This document shows, piece by piece, positions 19,462 through 28,822 of a stretch of 64,000 bases of DNA. The notes under the pieces are model-generated. The model was not told where the DNA came from. It saw nothing but the letters and a program-made list of their open reading frames with translations, and did no database searches. The stretch lies in assembly GCA_963752285.1 (NCBI GenBank), contig CAVVXN010000005.1, positions 2,240,001-2,304,000 on the forward strand, written 5' to 3'. How positions within the stretch are numbered: the stretch's first letter is position 1; each line of letters starts with the position of its first letter. This stretch comes from an uncultured Planctomycetota bacterium. Its GTDB lineage: Bacteria; Planctomycetota; PLA2; JAEUHO01. The position numbers and the translations under genes are program-made.

Positions 19462-20967
19462 TCAGTCCGCGAGCACCTGCAGGTCCTGGATCGGCTCCGG
19501 CATCTGCCCTCGGGACGTGGAGCACCAGAGGGCGTCGGCCGTGATCCGGCCGAGCCGCGCGCCCTCGTCGCGGTCGAGGAGGAGCCCGAGGCCGTGGCAG
19601 GCACAGGACTCGAGGCCGCTCGAGATCCCGCGTTCCCGGAGCACGTGGAGGTACAGGTCCACCTCGCGCTCGTCGCCGATCCGTCCGAGTTCCACGAGCG
19701 CGGCCGCGCGTCGCGCGTCGGGCAGACGGGGCGAGCGCGCGACCGACTCGAGCCGCCCCACGACGGTCGGGTCTTCGAGCAGGCCGAGTGCGAGCGACGC
19801 TTCGCGGCCCACCAGGAATTCGCGGCCCTCTTCCACGGCCGTGTAGAGCGCCGCGCGCTGGTCCGCCGGCGTGTCGAGCAGGCCGAGCGCGAAGCACGCC
19901 TGGGCCGCGACCTCGGGGCTCCCCGACGCGGCGATCCGGACCACGGCGGGCCGCGCGGCGTCGGCGCGGGCGAGTCCGCACGCGAGCGACAGCGCCGCGC
20001 GCTCCTCCGCGTCCTTCGCCGTCTCCAGGTGGCGCGCGAGGAAGTCACGGACGCCCGGGTCGGGCCGGCGGCGCCCGAGGAGGCCGAGGCCGAGCGCGGC
20101 GTAGGCGCGGTCGGCGGCGAGGCCCCGCTCGAAGTGGCGGACGACCGCGGCCGCGGCCGAAGCGTGGCCCGTCCGGCCGAGCGAGACGAGCGCCATCTGG
20201 CGCGGGCGGCTCTCCTCGTCGCTCACGGCCTTCAAGAGCACCTCCGCAAAGTCCGCGTCGTCCGGCCCGGCCACGGAGCCGAGCGCCTGGATCGCCACCA
20301 TCCGGACCGTCGGGCGCGGGTCCGCCGCGGCGGCGCAAAGGAGCCGGCGGGCGTCGTCGCCCGGGATCTCTGCGAGGGCCTGGCACGCGCACCACGAGGT
20401 GTCCTTGGCCCCCCCGTCCGCGGTCTTCTCGCCGTGGAGCTGTCGTTCGACCACGGGCAGCACGTCGCGCTGGCCGAGGGCTCCCAGCGCGTACGTCAGC
20501 GGACCCAGGGCGGTCGCGTGCAGACTCGCGCTCGCGGTGCGCGCCGCGAGCCCGCGACGGCGCAGCTCGACGAGCTCCGGCACGACGCGGGCGTCGCCGC
20601 GCATGGCGAGGGCGTACGCGCCGTTCGCCCAGAAGCTCGAGAACCGATCGCGACGGCCCCGCGCGCGGTCGAGCGCGTCGAGCAGCGCCCTCGGCCCGGT
20701 CGGCTCCGGCTCGGCGTCCCCGGCGGGGAGCATCCCGATCGCGAGGGCCGCCCATCGGTGGGCCCGCCTCGACGCGCCGATCTCCGGGTCTTCGACGATC
20801 GCCGCCAGGGCGGGAAGCGAACGCACGTCGCCGAGGCGGCCGAGCGCGAGGGCGGCCTCCGACCCGACGATCTCGCGGGGGCTGTGGAGCTCGGCGAGGA
20901 GCGCCGACCGCGCGCGCTCGCGGAGGTCGGCGGCGCCGGGAACGGGCCCCGCCTCCGGCGGACGCAC
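19462..20967 (-). CDS. HEAT repeat protein (C-terminal part of a gene interrupted by TGA at 21007-21009)
   Basis: Many A.ALG.LG HEAT repeats. The frame continues upstream through a single TGA into a signal-peptide-like segment. Confidence 0.75.
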   Translation of the reverse strand: MRPPEAGPVPGAADLRERARSALLAELHSPREIVGSEAALALGRLGDVRSLPALAAIVEDPEIGASRRAHRWAALAIGMLPAGDAEPEPTGPRALLDALDRARGRRDRFSSFWANGAYALAMRGDARVVPELVELRRRGLAARTASASLHATALGPLTYALGALGQRDVLPVVERQLHGEKTADGGAKDTSWCACQALAEIPGDDARRLLCAAAADPRPTVRMVAIQALGSVAGPDDADFAEVLLKAVSDEESRPRQMALVSLGRTGHASAAAAVVRHFERGLAADRAYAALGLGLLGRRRPDPGVRDFLARHLETAKDAEERAALSLACGLARADAARPAVVRIAASGSPEVAAQACFALGLLDTPADQRAALYTAVEEGREFLVGREASLALGLLEDPTVVGRLESVARSPRLPDARRAAALVELGRIGDEREVDLYLHVLRERGISSGLESCACHGLGLLLDRDEGARLGRITADALWCSTSRGQMPEPIQDLQVLAD

Positions 20968-21006
20968 GCGGTAGGTCGGCGCGAGGATCGCGACCCGGTT
21001 CGCGTA

Positions 21007-21198
21007 TCACCACATCGGCCAGCCGTCGTCGCCGAGCTTCCCGACGCTCCGGCCGCGGTTCACGAGGAGGTCGTCGGCCGACATGTCGTCGGTGCCGTCG
21101 TCCGCGCGGACGGACGCGAGGACCGGGAAGGGCGCCGAGGCCGCGAGGAGCGCGATCGGGAGCCGGCGGATCGAGACACCTCCCGGGGGCCGACCCAC
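21007..21198 (-). pseudogene. N-terminal fragment (signal peptide + WPMW*) of the HEAT repeat gene
   Basis: In frame with 19462-20967. Reads IRRLPIALLAASAPFPVLASVRA-DD...GWPMW*YANR. The start GTG at 21198 is tentative. Confidence 0.5.
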
Positions 21199-21575
21199 CC
21201 AACCGGCCCACCTACCGAGAACGCCGGAGGGAGGGCTTCGGCATGGCGCCCCGCGGCGGCGAACGTCGGGTTCGACGTGGCCACGGCGCAGGAGATCGCC
21301 GGGGTGCACGTGCCCGCGGTGGAGCTCGACTTCGGCGCGAAGCGCGAGAACGGGCCGCGCGAGGGCGCACCGGCGGATCGACACGCTCCGGAGGGACACG
21401 AGACGCGGGACGAGGGGGAGCACGGTCACGACCGGGACCGCGGCGACCCCGGGGACGGCGACCACGGCCCCGATCGGAGGTGACGCCAGCGCCGGCGGGT
21501 CCGTGGGGTCCCGTGCGGCGCGCGCAGGGCGTCGGTAGGATCCCCCCGTTTCGAGCGCGGCGGGGAGCGACGGGG

Positions 21576-22436
21576 ATGGCGAAGATCGGGTCGTCGCGAC
21601 ACCGGGACCTCGTGTACACGTCGGCGGGCGCGTGCTCGAACGTGCGCCTCTGGCTCGAGGGCGACAAGCGGTTCGACCTGTGGGTGACCGACTACGGCGA
21701 GCGGGAGGACCTCCACGAAGCGCTCGCCGACCACCACGACGCCCGGGCGGGAAAGAAGTTCCCGAACCTCTGGCACGCGCGTCGGACTTGGCCCGAGGTC
21801 TTCGACCGATACGACGCGGTCTTCGTGGCCGACGACGACCTCGTGCTCGACGCGACCGCCATCTCGCGCCTCTTCGCGATCCGCCGCGAGCACGACCTCT
21901 GGTTGCTCCAACCGGCGTTCCTCCAAAGCGGGGTCGTCAGCCACCCGATCACCTGCGTCCACCCGTGGTTCCGACTCCGGTGGACGAGCTTCGTCGAGGT
22001 GACGTGCCCGCTCTTCCTCCGGGAGCGGCTGGACCGGTTCCTCGACGTGTACGACCCGGCCGTCGTGGGCTGGGGCGTGGACTGGTGGTACCTCGACGTC
22101 CTCGGGTCCGCGTCGGACCGCCGGATCGCGATCGTGGACGAGGTCCCGTGCGAGAACCCGCGTCCCGAGACGAAGCGCGTCCCCTTCGAGACCGACGACC
22201 CGCGCTACGCCGCCTTCCACCGCGACCGCCAGCGACGGGCATGGGAGCGAATCCGTCGCGAGCAGAACATCTCGGTCCCGGAGCGCGCGTTCGTCACGTA
22301 CGGGGGGATCCCCGTGCGGTCGGCGCGGGCCGCGTGGGCGCGCGTCGCGCATCGGGCGCGCACGCTCTACGAGGCGTGGCGGGGTCGCCCGGCGCCACTC
22401 CCGCCTCCGCCGCGCGGCACACGGCCTCCGGCGTGA
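21576..22436 (+). CDS. DUF707-like putative glycosyltransferase (GT-A fold)
   Basis: FDLWVTDY, YDAVFVADDD (DxD), LLQPA, SFVEVTCPLF, GWGVDW, IAIVDEV. Confidence 0.7.
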   Translation: MAKIGSSRHRDLVYTSAGACSNVRLWLEGDKRFDLWVTDYGEREDLHEALADHHDARAGKKFPNLWHARRTWPEVFDRYDAVFVADDDLVLDATAISRLFAIRREHDLWLLQPAFLQSGVVSHPITCVHPWFRLRWTSFVEVTCPLFLRERLDRFLDVYDPAVVGWGVDWWYLDVLGSASDRRIAIVDEVPCENPRPETKRVPFETDDPRYAAFHRDRQRRAWERIRREQNISVPERAFVTYGGIPVRSARAAWARVAHRARTLYEAWRGRPAPLPPPPRGTRPPA

Positions 22437-23295
22437 GGTCGCCCTCGCCGTCCCCGGGCGCCCACGCCGCGCCCCGGGGACGGAGGCCGACGCGCACGAG
22501 CCGAGCGCCGATCCCCGCCTCGGCGAGCGTCTCGGCGACGATCGTGCCGAGGCCTCCGATCACGGCGTGGTCCTCGACGCTCACGACGCGCGCGCGGCCG
22601 CGGAGCAGGTCCACGAGCCCCGGCACGCCGCCCTCGACGATCTCCCGGACCACCGCCAGCGCCGCGGACACGCCCCGCGCGAGGAGACGCTCGCGCGCCG
22701 CCCACGCCACCGCCGTCGCGCGCCCCATCGCGACGAGGAGGACCTGCTCCCCCGGCGCCGCGAGCCGCGCCGAGGGACGGCCGGGGGCACCGGCGGGCGC
22801 GGCGATCGGCGTCTCGGACGACTTCCCGAGCCGGTAGTAGACGGGTCCGGGCGCGTCCCAGGTCTCAAGGAGCGCATCCCTCGCGTCGTCGTCGTCCGCG
22901 GGCACCATCACGCGAAATCCCCGCAGGCAGCGCAGCACGGCGACGTCCTCGAGCGCGTGGTGGGTGAATCCGGCGGCGCCGTAGTCGAGGCCGGGGCCCA
23001 CCCCCACCACGCGGACGGGGAACCCGTGGTGCGCCGGACCGTTTCGGAGCATCTCGAAGGGACGGAGGGTCGCGAACGTCGCGATCGAGTAGACGAAGGG
23101 CAGGTACCCGCCCTCCGCCAGTCCCGTCGCGACGCCGACCAGGTCCTGCTCGGCGACGCCGACGTTCAGGAACCGATCGGGATGGCGGGCCCGGAACCGA
23201 TCGAGCACGGAGAACCCGACGTCCGCGGTGAGGAGGAAGATGCGGCGGTCCCGGTCCGCGAGGCCCGACAGGGTCTCGACGAAGGGCACCCTCAC
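22294..23295 (-). CDS. Transketolase-like protein, C-terminal (pyrimidine-binding) subunit
   Basis: LLTADVG, RFLNVGVAEQ, FTHHALED, PVYYRLGK, VSVEDH..IGGLG. The 3' end overlaps the convergent DUF707-like gene. Confidence 0.9.
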   Translation of the reverse strand: MRVPFVETLSGLADRDRRIFLLTADVGFSVLDRFRARHPDRFLNVGVAEQDLVGVATGLAEGGYLPFVYSIATFATLRPFEMLRNGPAHHGFPVRVVGVGPGLDYGAAGFTHHALEDVAVLRCLRGFRVMVPADDDDARDALLETWDAPGPVYYRLGKSSETPIAAPAGAPGRPSARLAAPGEQVLLVAMGRATAVAWAARERLLARGVSAALAVVREIVEGGVPGLVDLLRGRARVVSVEDHAVIGGLGTIVAETLAEAGIGARLVRVGLRPRGAAWAPGDGEGDLTPEAVCRAAEAGVAPGDPATPRRACAPDARRAPTRPAPTARGSPRT

Positions 23296-24104
23296 GACGC
23301 GGCCTCCTGCTCCGCGAGCGCGCGCCGGAGCTCGTCCGGACGCATCGGGAGGTAGTGCCACTCGACGCGCCCCTCCATGAAGCTCACGCCTCTCCCCGAG
23401 ACCGTCCTCGCGATCACCGCGCGCGGGCGGTCGTCCCCGGGCGACGGCGCGAGCGCGGCGACGAGGGCGGGCTCGTCGTGCCCGTCCACCTCGCGGACGG
23501 CCCAGCCGTGCGCGGCGAAGCGCGGCGCGAGCGGCTCGAGGTCGAGGACCTCCACGGTCGGTCCGAGAGCCTGCTGGCCGTTCGCGTCCACGACCGCGAC
23601 GAGCGCGCCGAGACGATGGTGGGCGGCGAGCTGGACCGCCTCCCACGTGGCGCCCGCGTCGAGCTCGGCGTCGCTCAGGAGCGCGAACACGCGACGCGAC
23701 GAGCCCGAGGCGCGCGCGGCGAACGCCGACCCGACGGCGAACGAGAGGCCCAGGCCGAGCGAACCCGTCGAGAAGTCCACACCCGACACGGCGCGGTCGG
23801 GGTGCACGCCGAGACGTCCGCTCCCGTCGCAGTACGTGTCGAGCGTCTGCCGGTCGAGCGCGCCGGCGAGGTAAAGCGCCGCGTAGAGCGCGAGCGCGGC
23901 ATGGCCCTTGGAGAGGACGAAGCGGTCCCGGTCCGGGTCGTCGGCCCGAACGACGCGGAGCACCTTCCCGTAGAGCGCGGCCACGATCTCGACGACGGAG
24001 AGCGCCGAGCCGACGTGGCCCGTTCCCGCGCGTCCCGCGACCTCGAGCACGAGGCGTCGCACGCCGGCCGGGGTCACCGCGGGCGACGGCGCGAGCGCCC
24101 GCAC
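23292..24104 (-). CDS. Transketolase-like protein, N-terminal (ThDP-binding) subunit
   Basis: GHVGSALS, DRFVLSKGHA, STGSLGLG, SDAE..(N) ThDP motif, VDGHD, WHY. Confidence 0.92.
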   Translation of the reverse strand: MRALAPSPAVTPAGVRRLVLEVAGRAGTGHVGSALSVVEIVAALYGKVLRVVRADDPDRDRFVLSKGHAALALYAALYLAGALDRQTLDTYCDGSGRLGVHPDRAVSGVDFSTGSLGLGLSFAVGSAFAARASGSSRRVFALLSDAELDAGATWEAVQLAAHHRLGALVAVVDANGQQALGPTVEVLDLEPLAPRFAAHGWAVREVDGHDEPALVAALAPSPGDDRPRAVIARTVSGRGVSFMEGRVEWHYLPMRPDELRRALAEQEAAS

Positions 24105-24107
24105 GCG

Positions 24108-24686
24108 TCACCGACGGTCCCACGCCGGCACGAAGGGACGGAGCGTTGCGAGCGGGGGCAACGCCTCGTCGCGCGCCGAGACGCGCGCCTCGCGAAACGG
24201 CCACGGGATCCCGACCGCCGGGTCGCGCCAGTGACAGCCGAGCTCGTTTCGCGCGTCCCACTCCGCGGTCGTGCCGACGAGGAACGTCGCCGCGACGGGG
24301 CAGTGGACGCCATGGCAGAGGCCCGCGGGCACGGCGAGCGCGCGGCGGCCCTCGGCGCAGAGCTCGAGGACACCCGTCGCGCCCTCGGTGGGCGAGCCCG
24401 CGCGGACGTCGCACCATCCGACGACGACGACGCCGGCGAGCACCACGTAGAGCTCGTCGTGGCCGAGGTGGACGTGGAGCCCGCGGAGCACACCCGGCTC
24501 GGAGCGGACCGCGTTCCACTGGACGACCGAGAGCCACGGACACCACGATCGCCGGAAGACCTCTTGGAGCGAGCCGCGGTCATCGTCGAAACGCGGGAGG
24601 TCGAGCGCGCGCATGCCCGCGGCGAGGGACGTCGGCCCCGTGGCGAGGTCCGCTCGGGCGGCGCCTCCGGATCCCCGACCGCGCAT
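24108..24686 (-). CDS. dTDP-4-dehydrorhamnose 3,5-epimerase family (RmlC-like cupin)
   Basis: DDRG, S..GVLRGLH, DVR.GSPT, VPAGLCHG, WRDPAVGIPWP. Start could also be 24614. Confidence 0.85.
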   Translation of the reverse strand: MRGRGSGGAARADLATGPTSLAAGMRALDLPRFDDDRGSLQEVFRRSWCPWLSVVQWNAVRSEPGVLRGLHVHLGHDELYVVLAGVVVVGWCDVRAGSPTEGATGVLELCAEGRRALAVPAGLCHGVHCPVAATFLVGTTAEWDARNELGCHWRDPAVGIPWPFREARVSARDEALPPLATLRPFVPAWDRR

Positions 24687-24833
24687 GATGGCCCCCGCGC
24701 GCCGTGGGCTCGACCGGGAGGCCGCGGACGCGGTCGCCATCGTAGGTGGGGCCCCGCGCCACGGGAACAGGGCGGGTGGCGGACGGACGCACGACCGGTA
24801 CCATGGCGCGCCCGCCCCCGATCGGAGCGTTCG

Positions 24834-25556
24834 ATGGCCCTCGACCTGGACCGCCTCGAGCAGCGCATCGTCGGCGTGCTCGTCGAGAAGCAGAAGACGG
24901 TCCCCGCGACGTACCCGCTCACCGTGAACGCCCTCGTCGCGGGCTGCAACCAGAAGAACAACCGCGACCCCCAGATGGAGGTCGAGGCGTACGAGGTCGA
25001 GGGGGCGCTGCGCTCGCTCGCGGAGAAGGGCTGGGTGCGCGAGATGGACCTCGCGGGCGGCCGCACGCTCCGCTACGAGCACAACGCCGTGGACCAGCTC
25101 GGCGTCGACGACGCCGACCTCTCGATCCTGGCGGAGCTCCTCCTCCGGGGCCCGCAGGCGCCGGGCGAGCTCAAGACCCGCGCCTCGCGCATGCACGCGC
25201 TCGCCTCGCCGGCCGAGGTCGAGGCGCGCCTCGGCGCGCTCGCGGACCGGCCCGTCCCGTACGTCGAGCGCCTCCCCCGCCGGCCCCGGGAGCACGCCCC
25301 GAGGTGGATGCACCTCCTCGGGCCGAGCGCGCCGGACGTCGGCCGGGGACCGCCGGCCGACGCACCGCCCCCCGCCGCGGCCGCACCGTTCGCGCCGGCA
25401 CCCGTGCGTCCGTCGCCCACCGTGGCCGCGCCCTCGTCCGGCGGCCCGTCGCGCGACGCCGGGGTGGAGGTCGCCGAGGCCCTCGAGCGGATCGAGGAGC
25501 TCGAGAGCCGCCTCGCGAGCCTCGAAGACCGGCTCGACCGTCTCGAAGGACGGTAG
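24834..25556 (+). CDS. YceH (DUF480) family protein
   Basis: EQRIVGVLVEKQ.T.P.TYPLTVNALVAGCNQKNNRDP, LLLRGPQ.PGEL, C-terminal coiled coil. Confidence 0.9.
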   Translation: MALDLDRLEQRIVGVLVEKQKTVPATYPLTVNALVAGCNQKNNRDPQMEVEAYEVEGALRSLAEKGWVREMDLAGGRTLRYEHNAVDQLGVDDADLSILAELLLRGPQAPGELKTRASRMHALASPAEVEARLGALADRPVPYVERLPRRPREHAPRWMHLLGPSAPDVGRGPPADAPPPAAAAPFAPAPVRPSPTVAAPSSGGPSRDAGVEVAEALERIEELESRLASLEDRLDRLEGR

Positions 25557-25743
25557 GCCCCGGGCCCGCTCGGCGCACACCGGAGCCTGTGAAGGAATGG
25601 GCCGAGGACCCGAGGCCGAGCGAGGGGGCGCGTGGCAAGGCGCGAGGAGGGGGCGACCCCGCCGTGGGTCGCTGGCGACGAGCGACGCCGCATCGCGGCG
25701 CCGCAGCCGGCCGAAGCGCCGGACTCGATTCCTTCGCAGGCTC

Positions 25744-26391
25744 TCAGTCGGGCAGCGCGCGGGCCAGGCTCACGCGCTCGACGAGCTCCGCGAGGGCCAT
25801 CGCGGTCGCGCCCCAGAGGAACAGGCCCTCGACGTCGAAGTACGGGACGTCGAGCTCGCGTCCCGCGACCCACCACGGACGGTGGCGGCGCCGCTCGGGG
25901 TCGGCGAGCTCGTCGAGCGACACGAGCACGACGCGCTCGACCTCGCGCGGGTCCGCGCGGAGCGCCCCCGGGTCGGGTCCGAGAGCGACGAGCACGTGGA
26001 GCCGCGTGTGGCTCACGGGAATGTCCACCGGCGCGAGCCGCCCGAGCCACCGCAGCTCCGGCGCGGCGAGCCCGATCTCCTCCTGGGCCTCCCGCCGCGC
26101 GGTCGCCTCGAGACTCTCGCCCGCGCGGGGTCTCCCGCCGGGGAGCGACACCTGGCCGCCGTGCTCGGGCAGGTCCTCCCCCCGGACGGTCAAGGGGAGC
26201 CACAACCACCCCGCACGCTCGAAGACGTACGCGAGGGCGGCCGCGTTGCGGGGCCGCTTCGTCTCCGAGCCCGGCGGGCGCGGTCCACGCCGGAGCGGCT
26301 CCATGCGCCGCTGTGCCGCTCGGGGGTCGAGCAGCACGTGCGTGAACGCGCGCTCGAGGGCCCGGGGAGTGAGGGGGCTCCGCTCGGCCAA
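25744..26391 (-). CDS. Nudix hydrolase, CoA pyrophosphatase family
   Basis: LTVR...HGGQVSLPGG, Nudix box ARREAQEEIG, LWGATA. TTG start with GGAGGA SD. Confidence 0.9.
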   Translation of the reverse strand: MAERSPLTPRALERAFTHVLLDPRAAQRRMEPLRRGPRPPGSETKRPRNAAALAYVFERAGWLWLPLTVRGEDLPEHGGQVSLPGGRPRAGESLEATARREAQEEIGLAAPELRWLGRLAPVDIPVSHTRLHVLVALGPDPGALRADPREVERVVLVSLDELADPERRRHRPWWVAGRELDVPYFDVEGLFLWGATAMALAELVERVSLARALPD

Positions 26392-26492
26392 CGATCCTCC
26401 GGGCCGCCAGCCCGTGGACCTCGCGGGACGGGCGGTCGCCGGGAGGGTACCTTCGCCCGCTTCGATCCCGACCCTCTCGCCCGGAGGTGCCC

Positions 26493-27989
26493 GTGTCCGT
26501 CCTCGCCTTCCCCTCGTCTCTGACGCAGGCGCTCCGCGGCGCCGACGCCGTGCTCCTCCTCCTCCCCGCCGGCCTGGCCGAGAAGGGCTGGGTCGGCAAG
26601 TCGCTCCACGCCCCATGGGCCGACACGGTCGCGCGCGCGCTCCGCGGCAAGGAGTCCGGGCCCGGCGGACGCACGATCTCGCTCGCGAACCCGGGCGCGG
26701 GGCCGTCGAAGATCGTCGTGGGCCTCCTGCCCGAGCGCGTCTCGCGCCACAACGCCCCCGCGCGCACCGAGGCGGTCGCGGCGGCCGCGGCGGCCGCCGA
26801 CCTCTTCGGCCAGCCCACCGCCGTGATCGCGGCGCTGGACGACCCGGCCCACGCGCTCCCCGTGGCCCGCGCGACCCTGCGCGGCGCGCCGCTCTACACG
26901 CGCCAGACCGTCGTCGAAGGGAAACGCCGCGTGACGAAGAAGCCGGCGCGGCTGTCGTTCCTCGCGCTCGACGCGCAGGGCAAGACGGTCCCGATCGACC
27001 TCGCGGGCCGCGCGCTCCTCGAGCGCACGCGGTGGGCGGCCCGGCTCGTGGACATGCCGACCTCGGAGCTCACGACGGCCGCCTTCGAGAAGGCCGTCCG
27101 GAAGGCTTCTCAGGGGTTGGCGCACGTGAAGGTGACCAGCATCCGGGGGGACGACCTCCTCGAGCACGGCCTCGGCGGAATCCACGCGGTCGGTCGTGCG
27201 GCCGAGGTCGCACCGCGCCTGGTCGTCGTCCACTACAAGCCGCCGAAGGCGAAGCGCCGCATCGCCCTCGTGGGGAAGGGCGTCGTGTACGACACGGGCG
27301 GTCTCTCCCTCAAGCCCAGCGCGTCGATGTTCGGGATGAAGAAGGACATGGCGGGCGCCGCGGTCGCCGTGGCGGCGGCGCTCGCGATGGCCGAGGGGAA
27401 GGCGCGCGAAGAGGTGATCGCCGTCGCGCCGCTCGCGGAGAACGCGATCGGCCCGGGCGCGTACCGGCCCGACGACATCCTGATCATGCACTCGGGAAAG
27501 ACGGTCGAGGTGAACAACACCGACGCGGAGGGCCGCCTGCTCCTCGGCGACGCCGTCTCGTGGGTCGCCAGGAAGTACCATCCCGACGTCGTGATCGACG
27601 CCGCGACGCTCACGGGCGCCCAACTGATCTCGACCGGCCTTCGCCACGCCGCGATCGTGAGCAACCGGGAGGGGCTCGAGCGTCTCGCGATCGCCGTCGG
27701 CCGGCGCACGGGCGACCTCGTCCACCCGCTGCCGTTCGCGCCCGAGTTCTTCCAGGACGAGTTCCGCTCGAAGGTGGCGGACATGCGGAACTCGGTCGCG
27801 AACCGCATGAACGCGCAGACGTCGTGCGCGGCGCAGTTCGTGTACAGCCACGTGCAGGACCTGGACGTGCCGTGGCTGCACGTGGACCTCGCGGGTCCCG
27901 CCGGCCGCGACGACCGCGCGACGGGCTTCGGGGTCCACCTCCTGGCCGAGGTGGCGACGTCCGTGCGCCCCGAGGACTGGAAGGCTTGA
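26493..27989 (+). CDS. M17 leucyl aminopeptidase family, NPEPL1-like
   Basis: GKGVVYDTGGLSLK, MKKDMAG, NNTDAEGRL, ATLTGA. GTG at 26493 follows GGAGG (26487 is the alternative start). Confidence 0.92.
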   Translation: MSVLAFPSSLTQALRGADAVLLLLPAGLAEKGWVGKSLHAPWADTVARALRGKESGPGGRTISLANPGAGPSKIVVGLLPERVSRHNAPARTEAVAAAAAAADLFGQPTAVIAALDDPAHALPVARATLRGAPLYTRQTVVEGKRRVTKKPARLSFLALDAQGKTVPIDLAGRALLERTRWAARLVDMPTSELTTAAFEKAVRKASQGLAHVKVTSIRGDDLLEHGLGGIHAVGRAAEVAPRLVVVHYKPPKAKRRIALVGKGVVYDTGGLSLKPSASMFGMKKDMAGAAVAVAAALAMAEGKAREEVIAVAPLAENAIGPGAYRPDDILIMHSGKTVEVNNTDAEGRLLLGDAVSWVARKYHPDVVIDAATLTGAQLISTGLRHAAIVSNREGLERLAIAVGRRTGDLVHPLPFAPEFFQDEFRSKVADMRNSVANRMNAQTSCAAQFVYSHVQDLDVPWLHVDLAGPAGRDDRATGFGVHLLAEVATSVRPEDWKA

Positions 27990-28285
27990 CGCCCGTTCCC
28001 CGCGCCCGGGACCTCCCGGCGCGGATCGGCGGCGCGTCCGGGTCGGTTCGACGAGCCCGGACAAGCGTCCCGGACGAGCCCCCAGGCCGTGCGTCGGCCG
28101 GTCCTCCCCGCGGCATCCGGGTCGCCGAGCGACACGGGGTAGGCGCCGCCCGTACGAGACGCGGGCGAGGTACGGCCCGGCCGTTCGGGCGCGACGCCCC
28201 GCGCCCGTCCCGTCGCGTCCCGACCCGGGGAATTGCCCTGGCTCGGCCGGCGCGTAGAGTGTTCGCGGACACGGGAGGGACTCTC

Positions 28286-28822
28286 ATGCGAGCTTCGTTC
28301 GCCGCCGCCGTCGCCCTGGCGTTCGCGTTCTCCCTCGTCGCCCTCGCGGGACCGGCCCGGGCGGACGACCCGACGGCCCCCGCGGCGACGCCGGCGCCGG
28401 CGACGCCCGTCGCGACGCCCGCGCCCGCCACGGCGCCTCCTCCGGCACAGGCGCCGGCCGTCGCGCCCGCTCCGAGGGTCGTCACGTCGCCGATCGGCAC
28501 CGCGTCCCCGGGCTGGGCCTTCCGGTACGGGCCGTGCGACCGGTGCCAGGGCCTCTACCCCTGGTACCGCTGCCGGTGCGGGCCGCCCTGCGGCACGACG
28601 CTCCCCGCGGCGTGGCAGCCTCGCGCCTACCGCAAGGTCTGCTACGACCCCGCGTGGTACGGGCCTCCGTGCTACGGGCGGCCCTTCCCGTCCCGCCCGG
28701 CGCGTGGGTCCCGGCCGGCGCCCGTCGTCCGCGTCGCGCCCGTGGCGACGGCGCCCGCGCCGGCGCCGATCCCCGCCGCGGCGCCCGTCCCCGACGAAGC
28801 GCCGCCGCCCGTCGTCCGCTGA
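28286..28822 (+). CDS. Exported Pro/Ala-rich protein with a small Cys-rich core
   Basis: SD GGAGG, signal peptide ending ARA-DD, PAT/PAP linkers flanking CDRC...CRC...C...C...C. Confidence 0.65.
   Translation: MRASFAAAVALAFAFSLVALAGPARADDPTAPAATPAPATPVATPAPATAPPPAQAPAVAPAPRVVTSPIGTASPGWAFRYGPCDRCQGLYPWYRCRCGPPCGTTLPAAWQPRAYRKVCYDPAWYGPPCYGRPFPSRPARGSRPAPVVRVAPVATAPAPAPIPAAAPVPDEAPPPVVR

Noticed and set aside
21007..21009. Genome-wide reassignment of TGA to Trp
   Set aside because: Many well-conserved genes here end at TGA at the expected position, and ATGA/GTGA overlaps are common, so TGA is a normal stop.
21242..21483. Short plus-strand coding-like stretch (AANVGFDVATAQEIAGVHVPAVELDFG...)
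   Set aside because: No convincing start or family motif. It could be a remnant but is not supportable.
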